Made by a program: the position numbers and the translations under genes. From Schmidtea nova (lineage: Eukaryota), in contig CM097882.1 of NCBI GenBank assembly GCA_044892505.1, positions 407,092,001 through 407,156,000 on the forward strand: DNA of 64,000 nt. The letters run 5' to 3'. A model generated the notes under the pieces. That model had not been told where the DNA came from and ran no database searches. It saw only the letters and a list, made by a program, of their open reading frames with translations. How positions within the stretch are numbered: position 1 is the first letter of the stretch; every line of letters starts with the position of its first letter. Shown piece after piece: positions 25,440-37,182 of this stretch.

Positions 25440-26456
25440 AAAGAGGAAGTATTAGCGGGAGGCTATTTTAAAGATTTTAATAATTTTGTCGCAATCTAAC
25501 ATCAATCCCTGGCCGTAACAGTTATGTCCTCGTAACCTGTATCAACTATAAATATTTATTACATTTTCTTCCAAAATAATTGTACATTTTTAATGTTCCT
25601 TCTGACTTTTAGGCTCGTAATTTGGTTATAAATTGAATTTTTATAAAAATGTTCTTCTAATTCATTTTCTGTTATTTCATTTCTTTCTGCAAAAAATAAA
25701 CCAATTAAAGGTTATGGTCCTAAATCATCATCAATTTAAATTTTTAAATTTTATTATTTTTAATATCACAATTTCAGTACATTGTATTTTTATATTTTTT
25801 CAAGTTTAAATATTTTTATACTCCTTTTTTCTTCACCAATGATATTGGCATCATGTAATTTTGTTTTGTAATTTACAAATATTGATTTTTTATTATTTTA
25901 TTTTTTTACATGTTTCATATTTTTTAAATATATTTTTCCAAATTTCTCTAAACTATTAAATAAATGATTTTTACTATTAAACATATATCTCCTGCTTCAA
26001 ATGGTTCTAACTTCATAATGATATCTTTTAGTTGTTAACTTCTATTTAAATCTTTAATATTTTATAATTTGTAATATTAAATTAGAAAGTTTAATTCTTT
26101 CTCCAGATACGTTCTTCACAAATGTTTTCATGAAATCTTCATTGGATTCTTCTTTTATTCTTATTACATCATCTAAACTGATTGCTATGCTTTTTTAATT
26201 TTTTCATAATATCAAAACCAATTATTATTTTATCATATACATGTTTTTTTTAATTTCTAATAAAAATAGCATCTATATAATCTACTATATAATCTTTAAT
26301 TGTCTTTGTTGATTCTGTATAAAACTGTCGAATCTTTGCCCTAGGAATAATTTTACTTCTCAATAAACTATCTCCTTTGTAATTCCTAATACAAACATTT
26401 ATTGACCTAAGATTCCGGAAGATGGGAATTATACTAACACATTCGCCTACGACCAA
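25440..26456 (-). pseudogene. Exonuclease-like family, copy 2 (decayed)
   Basis: RNLRSINVCIRNYKG..KIIPR..FYTE, DKIIIGFD, FVKNVS..IKLSNL and GYEDITVTARG.MLD all align with 5699-7800. Confidence 0.7.
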
Positions 26457-26823
26457 GAATGTTTCGGAAGATTGAGTTCTGAGTAGATTTTGAGGGACAT
26501 GAAATGTGAATGATTCGTGCTATGTAAAAAATGAAGTAAACGTTTATTTCTTTGAAAATTGATATTGTCTAAAGTTGTCTGCAGTGTGATAAATTTAGTT
26601 GTAAAGAGCAGTCACGTATATAAGTAACGAAGGGGTAATGATAAGTGTATACCCATGTATTAGTAAATGAGTATAGCGCAAGAGACGTGCAGGACATGAC
26701 GAATGATGACTGACTTGATGTGTAAATGTAATTTATGTATAAACTTTTTAATGTTTAGAACCTATAAACGCAGTGAAGAATCTGATCACCTGTAAATGTT
26801 TGCGGCAGGAGTAAGTTAGACTC

Positions 26824-27180
26824 AGCAGGAGGAAGGTCACCTAAAGAAACGAATCTACGAGCTAGAGTCCTCATATTTTTCATTCAACAAGATGGTTAGA
26901 ATGAAGAAAGCGAAAGAATCGATGCAAATTGAATTGCGAAGCTGTAAAGCACTAATGACCAAGAACTTCGTAGATCAGGAAATATCAAGTCAAATCTGAC
27001 CACTGAAAGATGACATTCGACCGATTCGATACCTAAATCTATCGAGGTATCTACACCACAACAAGAGTGGAATTAAAAGCCACCAAGAAGACGAGAGTCA
27101 TTCCGATAGAGGAAGAAACTACAGTAATTGACGCAACACTTAGAATATTAGAACGGTTTATCGGAACTAGAGTTGTTGGA
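26824..27180 (+). pseudogene. Coiled-coil ORF family, copy F
   Basis: ELESSYFSFNKM and IELRSCKALMTKNFVDQEISSQI align with VELNRCLRTVSSQFVAEHLKDQV of copy C; the RFIG motif is shared with copy D. Confidence 0.5.
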
Positions 27181-27582
27181 TGTGGTCATCGTATTATGAA
27201 TTTCATAATTTTGTTAAATAAAAGTGTTAGATGATTAGGTTAGACACATCGGCGACATTCATTCTCTTGAAATACTATAGAACAGGGTTCAATAAGTACA
27301 TTGTAAATATATACCCAGAAAAGAAATAGCCACATCATAATTTAAAGTCTCAATCAATCTAATAACAACATCCAGTCAAACCCCAATCAATAATCCAACC
27401 AGTTACCAGTTCAAAAATTCTGATATCAATTCTGATTTATTCATCGTTTAAACATTTGTAAAACTTTGATACTGTGACTATTAATACAATTGATTTTATT
27501 TAACTATTATTTATTTTTAATGGATAGAATTATTATTTTATTTTTGTAAGGTAATGGGTTGAATTGTTATTTTAATTTTGTA

Positions 27583-28450
27583 CATAATGACAGCTGTTAT
27601 AATTCTCTCAAAAAATAATCAATTTAATTCTTTATACATAATTCAATAAATTAGCAGCTGTTATATTATAATCAACTTAATTTCAGTAGTTGCGTGCGGG
27701 CGAATAACTATATAAAAAAGCGAGATAGCTTAAAAATTGCCATAAAGTCGATAGTAGCAAAATTAACGTTANNNNNNNNNNNNNNNNNNNNNNNNNNNNN
27801 NNNNNNNNNNNNNNNNNNNNNNNNNNNNNNNNNNNNNNNNNNNNNNNNNNNNNNNNNNNNNNNNNNNNNNNNNNNNNNNNNNNNNNNNNNNNNNNNNNNN
27901 NNNNNNNNNNNNNNNTTGCATTCTAATTAAAAAGAGTTTTAATGCTAGCAACTTAGATTTTCTATTTACATAATGACAGCTGTTATAATTCTCTCAACAA
28001 AATAATCAATTAAATTCTTTATACATAGTTCAATAAATTAGCAGCTATTATATTATAATCAACTTAATTTCAGTAGTTGATTGCGGGCGAATAACTATAT
28101 AAAAAAGCGAGATAGCTTAAAAATTGCCATAAAATCGACAGTAGCAAAATTAACGTTANNNNNNNNNNNNNNNNNNNNNNNNNNNNNNNNNNNNNNNNNN
28201 NNNNNNNNNNNNNNNNNNNNNNNNNNNNNNNNNNNNNNNNNNNNNNNNNNNNNNNNNNNNNNNNNNNNNNNNNNNNNNNNNNNNNNNNNNNNNNNNNNNN
28301 NNNNNNNNNNNNNNNNNNNNNNNNNNNNNNNNNNNNNNNNNNNNNNNNNNNNNNNNNNNNNNNNNNNNNNNNNNNNNNNNNNNNNNNNNNNNNNNNNTTG
28401 CATTCCAATTAAAAAAAGTTTTAATGCTAGCAACTTAGATTTTCAATTCA
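27583..28450 (+). repeat. Near-identical tandem duplication of about 390 bp spanning two gaps
   Basis: ACATAATGACAGCTG...AAATTAACGTTA occurs twice, each time followed by an N-run; may be an assembly artefact. Confidence 0.7.
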
Positions 28451-28649
28451 CATAATACAGATGACATTCTGATATATTAATGCAAATAAATTTACCGCAA
28501 AAACGGTCAAAATCACTTTTTCACTTCTGAAATTTGACTTTCTATATATATATTTCTGCTGAAACTGCGCTGTTCACCAGTGAATGATTGATTGAAACCA
28601 AATTTTTGATTATCTGATTTGAAATTGGCAGCTTGTTTACTGAAAAATT

Positions 28650-30083
28650 CTGGAATATCTATCCAAGTCCGGCGCATCATACTCACAAATCCCTCACAAA
28701 TGTAGCTAATATCGAAAATGAAGTTGAACTAGTATCAGAATCTGGGAATCTAATGGTGCATCAGAGGATCAATTTGAAGATGAAGATATTGAAAATTATA
28801 ACGGTTTAACAATTGAATTGCAGCAAAATGATATATTAGAAATAAATCATTATGAGCTGGCTCCACTAATTAAAAAGGTCCGAAAAATTGTAAAAATATT
28901 TCATCGTTCTCCAACAAAGAACGATAAAGTATTGCAACATTATGTAAAAGCTGAACTTGGCAAGGAACTGGTAATATTTTTAGATTGTAAAAGACGCTGG
29001 AATAGTTTATTTACCATGTTAGAACGATTTTATATGCTAAAGAGTTGTATACAAAAATTTATTATAGATTTAAAATTAAATTCTTTTAGTGACAAAGAAT
29101 TTAAAGCAATATATGTAGCTTTTTCTGCACTCCATCCCGTGAAACTTGCCGTCAAAGCTTTGTGTCAGAAAGATTCAAATTTAATTTCAGCAGACACGAC
29201 TTTTAAGTTTTTATTTGACGAGCTGGGTAAAATAAATTCAACACTAAGCAATGAACTTTTAATTGCTTTAAAGGAACGGATCTATGAAAGACGACCAGAA
29301 TTATCTGGAGTTATACATTATTTGCATAATGCATTCGAAGAAGAAGTTTCTACAACAGTTCAATCAAATGTATAATTTAATTTTTCAAAACTTAATAAGA
29401 CCGCTATTTTAAAATCTTAAGTAAGCATAGCAACCAGAATGCAATTATTTAAACAAAAATATATACAGAAAATTAATGATGATTCTGACACTGATCAAGA
29501 TGAAGTTGTAGAAATAGATAATGAATGCGGCAACATCATGACAATGAAACAAAATTAGACGAAGCCATTTCAAAACAAGCAAACTATATTACAGCTGGAA
29601 AAATAACGCATACTTTTCAAGACTATGTCAAACTAATAAAAAGAGAAATGACATTATTCGAAGACGAGGGTACTAGGGGGATATATATTCAGCAAATATA
29701 TGATCTCCTTCTTACAATACGTCCAACAAACGCAGAATCTGAGGGAGCATTTTCTGCTGCGGGACAAATATGCACAAAAATCCGCTCCAACTTAAATGAC
29801 AAAAGCCCTGATGCATTATGCTTTTTAAGAGCATATTTCCAGTCTTTAAAATAATAATTAAGTTATTATATGAAACATGAACTAATTTGTAATGAACTAA
29901 GTAATTATAGTTTTGTTTTTATTTTATTATAATATTAAAAAATGATTTGTTTTTATTAATTTCTTACACAACAAGTGTTTTTTCTTATATGTTGGTTCCG
30001 GTATTGAATACCGGGATTCCGGTATCAAATTTTTCAGTACCGAAATACCGGTATTAATTTTTCACTCCGGTATTGACTCCCTA
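28650..30083 (+). mobile_element. hobo-like hAT transposon, 3' part
   Basis: LDCKRRWNSLFTML, a hATC domain (PTNAESEGAFS..R..L), subterminal ATACCGG repeats and terminus ...GGTATTGACTCCCTA. Confidence 0.88.
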
Positions 30084-31587
30084 AATAATAATAATTGTTG
30101 TTGTAATNNNNNNNNNNNNNNNNNNNNNNNNNNNNNNNNNNNNNNNNNNNNNNNNNNNNNNNNNNNNNNNNNNNNNNNNNNNNNNNNNNNNNNNNNNNNN
30201 NNNNNNNNNNNNNNNNNNNNNNNNNNNNNNNNNNNNNNNNNNNNNNNNNNNNNNNNNNNNNNNNNNNGATTTGAATTTAATTTTAAAAACGCAGAAGAAT
30301 TGAAATTTACAACGCAGAAGAATTGAAATTTATAACGCAGAAAATTTCAACAAGCAGAATTCTAACCAACGAAAGATATCTTTTAAATAAATGTTTATTT
30401 TTGAATTTCTTTTATCAACTTTTGTTTTAGGGGTATCAGCAATGAAAGTTGCAACCCCCATAATTGGTGTCAATTTCGTCTCATTTCCTAAACAATATCT
30501 TATTGGTCACAAATTTACTATACAATGCAACCCCGATAAATATTATCGTTTTTATTTTTATAACTTAAATAATAAAATGTTTCTAGATAAAATTTTAAAG
30601 AAATAAAATATGATATACTTAAAAATAATGATAAATTAAATTTAAACTACATGGTAAGATGACATTTTCTTGAAACTTGCAACATTTGTTAAATTATACT
30701 TGATTTATTCGTTTTTTTCTTCAAGTTTAATTTTAATTTTGAATCTAAAATGTTGATTTTAAGAATTTTTTGCATGAAAATTCTTTTATATATTTTAAAA
30801 ATTATTTTAAAGCTGAATATTATTTTTACCATTTATAATTTTTCGATAAATTATTTACTTTTGAGTAATTTTTAATACACGAGTATTTTCACAAATAAAT
30901 TTTACATTATAAATGTTAGAAGATGGGCGAACCATAAAAATTTTGAAATAAAAACATTATACAATACGGGGTAATAGATACAGACTAAACATCAACATAC
31001 AAGAATGATGCAAGATGCCAGAAATTCAGTCTACTCATCAACAATTATCTAACAACAATTTATGATATTGATAAACTTGATTACTTTAGTAATTATTTGA
31101 ATTTATCTTTATTTGTCTTATTTTATTATTATTATTTGGATTCATATGATGATTCTTTAAGTGAATTTGACAATTTATCAACATGACAATTTATTTTATT
31201 TTTATGTGTTAATAATTGTTTGGTTATTTTATAATATTGTGATTTTAATTATTAATTTTCGCATCTTTATTTTTTATGTTCAACAATATAAACATAACTA
31301 CGATTTAATTGAAAAAATAAAAGGTTATCCCCGGTCAGGACCACCCATATATATATATATATATACATATATTTTTTTATTATTATAAAATTATAATTAA
31401 TTAATGCCATCTCGGGGCTAATCAATATCATTTTTGTTAGATGTTAGGCGTCGTTTTTTATTTTTCATTTTAATCGACGCTAGGCGTTGTTGTTTATTTT
31501 CTATTTCGATCGACGCTAGGCGTCGTAAATTGAAAAAAATATTAATTGCACTTGAAATAATAATCGAAATAATAATAATAATATCTA

Positions 31588-31636
<49 letters not shown>

Positions 31637-31682
31637 TATTAAATAAATTTATTCATATAAATAAGAGAACACCATTTTTTTA

Positions 31683-31737
31683 AATATATTATTGCAATAT
31701 ATTTCAACAGCTTAGCTGTCATCATCAGGCTTTCCAC
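31683..31737 (-). ncRNA. Hammerhead ribozyme core of the Penelope 3' pseudo-LTR
   Basis: CTGATGA-T-GACAGC/TAA/GCTGTT-GAAA, then stem III TATATT/AATATA. The 3' strand of stem I is not evident. Confidence 0.7.
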
Positions 31738-31841
31738 AATCTCAATAAAATAAAAATTGATCTTAATTATACGCTTAATAGTGATTACATAATTACATGT
31801 GCATAATCCAATAAAACTTTTATTTACCCTAATAAAATTAA

Positions 31842-32267
31842 TTAAACACTCAAAATGCATGTAGATATTGCATTTTGTATATTTATTTTTGGATTAAATG
31901 ATTTTATCATCAAAGCCTCACAATTCACACGTTCATAATAATTTTTAAAACCCCTAGAAAGTATTTTGAAATTAGAAATATCAATGCTCTTCTTGCAAGT
32001 CTTATTATGCTCAATAATGTTACTCTTTCCGCTCTTTCTGGCATGTTCTTGAACTCGAGTACAGAGATGACGGACAGTCTCTCCAATGTATGTGGCATTA
32101 CACCCATTACAAGTAAAACGATATACGAGATCAGAACACAGACCAAATGGCGTCACAGATTTATTACTGAACATGTCCCGAACTTTGCAAGACTTAGAAA
32201 TCATTTTAACATTAGTATTTCCAATATATTTTATAATAGATTTTTTAAAATTTACAAATCCCTCAGA
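31842..32267 (-). pseudogene. Penelope linker and GIY-YIG endonuclease (3' half of the ORF)
   Basis: VYRFTCNGCNATYIGETVRHLCTRVQEH...EALMIK..NPKIN. Confidence 0.92.
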
Positions 32268-32725
32268 AATAGGTAGATGTGTGGAGCCGGGAACAAAGAC
32301 ATTATGACTCATTGCGTGGGTGGCGTGGGCAAAAAAAGAACAAAGACCCGGGGGGCAGAATTTTTATGACTCATCGATGACTCATAAAAAAAAATTTCAA
32401 ATTTTTTTTCGCGCCAAAATTTTTTTCAAATTTTTTTTCGCGCCAAAAATTTTTTTCAAAATTTTTTTTAACACAAATTTTTTAACACAAATTTTTTTAA
32501 CACAAATTTTTTTAACACAAATTTTTTTAACACAAATATGAGTCATCGAAAACATTGCAATACATGTGCAACGTAAACAAAGACTTTGCAATACATATGC
32601 TATTGATATGCAACGTGAACAAAGACTTTGCAATACATGTGCAATTGATATGCATCGTGAACAAAGACTTTGCAATTCATGTGCAAGATAAACAAAGACT
32701 TTGCAATCTATGTGCAAGTGAAATT
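32268..32725 (+). repeat. Left TIR of Polinton 2
   Basis: Inverted match to about 44255-44606; contains TGA(C/G)TCA sites and about 45-bp ACAAAGACTTTGCAA subrepeats. Confidence 0.92.
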
Positions 32726-33404
32726 TAATAATAATAATAATAATAATTTATAATATTAATAATAATTATAATAATAATAATAACTTATANNNNNNNNNNN
32801 NNNNNNNNNNNNNNNNNNNNNNNNNNNNNNNNNNNNNNNNNNNNNNNNNNNNNNNNNNNNNNNNNNNNNNNNNNNNNNNNNNNNNNNNNNNNNNNNNNNN
32901 NNNNNNNNNNNNNNNNNNNNNNNNNNNNNNNNNNNNNNNNNNNNNNNNNNNNNNNNNNNNNNNNNNNNNNNNNNNNNNNNNNNNNNNNTAATAATAATAA
33001 CTTTAAAAAAATGATAATAAACTTATAAAAATTTTTAAAAAATAACTAAAACAAAAAATAATTCCATAGTTTTAATTGTTTGCGCAATTTATTACAATCA
33101 AAATTTAAAGGCCCTAAAGAGGACCGTTATTTCTTTCTCAATCTGTTATCTTTTCGGATTTCTTTTCGGTTTTCTTTTCGGTTTCTGTTTTTACTTTTTT
33201 CTTTTCGGTTTTTATTTCTGATTTCTAAATAACTTTTTATATTTTTACAATCATAAATTGTGGCCCTGAAGAGGGCCGATTGTACATTCTCATATCTTTT
33301 TTTGTTGGTTTTTTCGGCTATTTCTTTTTGATTTTTTTTAATATATCTTTTTTTTAATATATCTTTTCTTTGGTTTTCTTTTTTTTATTTCATCATCATT
33401 CTCT

Positions 33405-34256
33405 TCATCCAAAGTAATCGAGAGCTGTAGGATCATGGAAATCGTAAGGATCTTGTTGATATTGCTGTTCTTGCTCTTGTTGTTGGTGTTCTTGCTGGCC
33501 ATCTCGATCACCTACAAATATAGTGGTGTCACCCCCCCCCATGTAATGCCCATACGCGAGACTTTTATTTTTATCTACCCAGTTCCTCTTATCATCCCTA
33601 CAAGACAAGGCCCTCTTATTACTTTTTACACTAAAAAGTTGATGATTTTTAGATGTAATTCGGAATTGGGGGACATTATATATTTTATCATTTCGGTAAC
33701 AGTCAAGATAAGACTGGTGTGTAAGACCAGCATCTTTCAAGCAGATCCCCTTAGCTTTCATGCAGGCCTCGTCTCCCATCAAGCTATAACACTTAGGTCT
33801 CAAGAAAACCCACTCATCATACAGTAGACCCTTGTTCTCATCCTTAAATTTACCAATCACAGAATCAAGGCTCCTACTATACAATGCATGATGAGTGTCA
33901 TAATTAGATGTGTCCAAAAGCCTATCTCTAATCATTGCAGATAAAAGAGTGTTGAGGTCAAGATTTTTTATTTCGATTGCATCTCCTTTGGACTTTTGTT
34001 TACTCTTAATTATGTAATATTTTAAACTTTCATAAGACATTTCCGACGTTATTTCTTCTGGGATCGACGTGGCTACGTCCTCTGGTAGTACTGCCCACGC
34101 GTGATGGAATTTGGTTACGTCGTTGCTGATGGACGCAATGCAAAATTGAGATTCCATTTGTAGGAACCACGTTGAAGACTGTGAGTAGTAGAACGTCAGA
34201 GCCTTTATTCCGATTCGTGAAATCGCGTGGTTGCCATTGTTGTGAATTTCTGACAT
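33405..34256 (-). pseudogene. Chimeric ORF: Gypsy gag N-terminus fused in frame to the pPolB C-terminus
   Basis: First ~85 aa (STWFLQMESQF..ISNDVTKFHH..VLPEDVA..YESLK) are gag-like; the remainder aligns with 2900-3380 (LLDTSNY..VIGKFKDE..RPKCYS..KAKG). Motif C is absent. Confidence 0.85.
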
Positions 34257-34294
34257 ATTAAAACTAAAATAATACGATAATCAAATTATATTAA

Positions 34295-34508
34295 CCTTCC
34301 TCGGTTCCTAGAAAAATGGTAAAATTTTCAAACTCAAATATCTCGAAAAATACATGTCAGATTAATCTGAAAATTAAAATCTTTGGCAAACTTGACATTC
34401 TGAATAATATTTTACAATAAAATTTTTTTTGTAAAAAATTTCAAAAATAATGTTATGAGCAAAATTAATTCATTTTTGGGTTAAAATGACCCGAAGAGCT
34501 GAGGAAGG
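34295..34508. mobile_element. piggyBac-type MITE
   Basis: TTAA-CCTTCCTC ... GAGGAAGG-TTAA. Confidence 0.8.
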
Positions 34509-35411
34509 TTAATATTCAAATTTTCTGTCAATCGTTTATTCTTCTTATTTAAACAATTTTTTTATAAAATGTTTTATTTTACAATTTAAACATCTTATCA
34601 AATATTTAAATTGTATTATAAACATTACATTAAGAGTAAAATATTATTTAACTTATTCTTTAATAGATATTTTAAAGAAAATAATAATATATTTTCATAA
34701 TAATAACTTTAATTTTTTTCTTTTGACAAGTATTTATATTTAAAATAATAGGTAATTGTTTAAAAACATTTACATATTATATTAAATATAAATTTTTAAT
34801 ATCTATGCATAATATATTTTCATAATAATAACTTTTATTTTTTTTTCTTTTGACAAGTATTTATATTTAAAATAATAGGTAATTGTTTAAAAAACATTTA
34901 CATATTATATTAAATATAAATTTTAATATCTATGCATAAAAAATATTCAAAGTTTTCTATATTAATATTAAAAATAATCTAATTTTTATAATTCATAATA
35001 AAATCATCATTAAAAATTCATTAAAATTCATTAAAATTGATCTTCATTATTAAAATATAAAAATATCATCATCATCATCATCTTCTTCATAAAAAATAAA
35101 TCTTCATATCATCTTCTTTTTAATTATAAAATTTATTCTTCATTTCATCGTAATATCATCTTCTTTTTAATTATTCTTCATTTCATCATAATATCATCTT
35201 TTTAATTATTCTTCATTTCATAATAATATCATCTTCTTTTTAATTATTCTTCATTTCATAATAATATCATCTTCTTTTTTTATCATAAAAATTAAACTTT
35301 ATCATAAAAATAAAAAAAAATAATTATATAAAACCATTCCCGTAGGAATTAATTAAAAATAATAAAAATATTATTATTATTATTATATAAAAAAATAAAA
35401 ATAAAAATTAC

Positions 35412-35753
35412 ATTTCTTTGAGTTTTTAAAACCCTGACCATTGAAATTCGGGACATCATTCATATCAGTCGGAACATCATTCATATCAGTCGGGGCATCG
35501 AAAGTTATGTCATCATCATTCAGCGCATCCATATCAACATTATTTTCTACAAATTTAATAATAAATTTAAAATAAATTAAATGATATTAATTTTACCAAT
35601 AACTCTATTTTGTTTTCCGAGTCCGTTTCTCGATTGTCCGGCCATACTATTTGCTAAATTAATAACTGAAATAAATAAATAAATAATATAATAAAATAAA
35701 ATTTTACCATTAAGTCCTCCAGCGATCCTTTCCGATACATTTAAATTGTTCAT
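35412..35753 (-). CDS. Small spliced Polinton gene of unknown function (first three exons)
   Basis: Exons 35753-35708, 35665-35597 and 35546-35412. The 42- and 50-nt GT-AG introns are both phase 1 and restore one frame: MNNLNVSERIAGGLNVINLANSMAGQ...PTDMNDVPTDMNDVP. Confidence 0.6.
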
Positions 35754-36003
35754 TTTGCATATTCGGTGAAAATTGTTTGAAATTGTTTAAAAAATTTGTA
35801 AGTAAAAAGTGACGAAATAATGCAAGTATATACTATATAAAGATGAATTTTATTAACCATCCAATCACAATCGATATAGGATAGGTAAATACATACTGCA
35901 CACTCAATATACTTTGATTATGTGTTTGACGTCACGATACTTGCTTTGTATCGTGACAAAGACATGATATCACGCGTTTATCACGCACTGATCATGCACC
36001 TAG

Positions 36004-36114
36004 TATGTGTGTTAAAATTCACTCACTAAGTATGTGTGTTAAAATTCACTCACCAAGTATGTGTGTTAAAATTCACTCACCAAGTATGGGTGTTAAAATT
36101 CACTCAATAAGTAT
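36004..36114 (+). repeat. 27-bp tandem repeat, 4 copies, in a Polinton intergenic region
   Basis: TATGTGTGTTAAAATTCACTCAC(T/C)AAG starts at 36004, 36031, 36058 and 36085. Confidence 0.95.
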
Positions 36115-36379
36115 GATTCATGTCTTTGTTATATTGCACGATGCATGTCGGATGCATCGTTACAAAGACACTACGTGACTAAAATGTATATGAAATAATT
36201 GATGGGTGTAGATGCAGATGTCGATACACCCAAATAAATTTACATGTGAAATATTGAGTGTATGCATGCGTGTCTGCATGCAATTTCTTTATGATTATCG
36301 AAAGATGGATGTTAATCTGCAAATTGGATGTGAATTCTGCAAGTTTATAAAAATAATAATAAAACACAAAATAATACAT

Positions 36380-36790
36380 TTATTGTTTTAAATAATCTAC
36401 AACAGCAGACAAGCACCCTTTATAGGCACACATACAATGATCTTTATAGGGACATGAGATGTTTTCTGGAACATATTCAACTTCTTTAAAATTATATTTA
36501 ATTAATCTTAATTTCGGGAAATACTTCTTCAAAACATGCAACTTTTCATTATCTGTAACATAGAAAATAGCTCCTTTATCTGTAATATCATCCATAATAC
36601 ATTTTGGGCAAAAATAATCTTGTCCTTCAAACGATTCTATACGATCAGGCCAGAAAGATAAATCACTGTATATATAATACTGAGGTCTGAAAATATTATT
36701 GACATTCATAATACATAATTCCTTAATTGTTGTTCCACCCATTTCATTATAATCATAAATATCGATAAAATAACAAGACATTTTTTTCAA
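36380..36790 (-). CDS. Polinton accessory protein, possibly DEDD/RNase H-fold-like with a C-terminal Cys/His cluster
   Basis: Intact 136-aa ORF: FIDI...IKELCI...FYV...EK...L...CP..DHC.CA. Confidence 0.55.
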   Translation of the reverse strand: MKKMSCYFIDIYDYNEMGGTTIKELCIMNVNNIFRPQYYIYSDLSFWPDRIESFEGQDYFCPKCIMDDITDKGAIFYVTDNEKLHVLKKYFPKLRLIKYNFKEVEYVPENISCPYKDHCMCAYKGCLSAVVDYLKQ

Positions 36791-36814
36791 ATAAAATTTA
36801 TTAAAATAAATTTT

Positions 36815-37150
36815 TTATAACATTGATTTTAGCCATGCAAGGCAATGTTCACCACAAGTGATTGTTAAAGGATGTTGATACCGAATTCTATTATACACAA
36901 TAGGTTTACCAATAGTTTGAAGTTTTCGAACAAGTAAATTCGGATAATAATATCCAAAGGGATCAAATACATGTATTCGAACTGGTTTCACGTAAACTGC
37001 AATCCAATGTTCACCGCCCAAAGTAGATGTCTGAGTATTTACAATGATGGCTTGATTCATTTTCAAATAACGTATTTTATCTATTTACTCCAATAAATTG
37101 ATTTCCCAATAGTTTTTTACCTTGTTGTAATACCTGAATAGAACTAATTA
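36815..37150 (-). pseudogene. PRO: Adenain-like cysteine protease
   Basis: IVNT...GEHW, FDPFG, YQ....TCGEHC; frameshift near the N-terminus (FIGV / IDK). Confidence 0.92.
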
Positions 37151-37182
37151 AATATAAATAATTAAAAATAAATAAGCTCAGC

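Noticed and set aside
32320-32717. ORFs in the Polinton TIRs (also 4701-4961 and 44191-44621)
   Set aside because: Translations of tandem DNA motifs; repetitive peptides mirror the repeat unit.
33262-33290. Hammerhead ribozyme at CTGAAGA
   Set aside because: No closing stem II or GAAA downstream; it is a simple hairpin.
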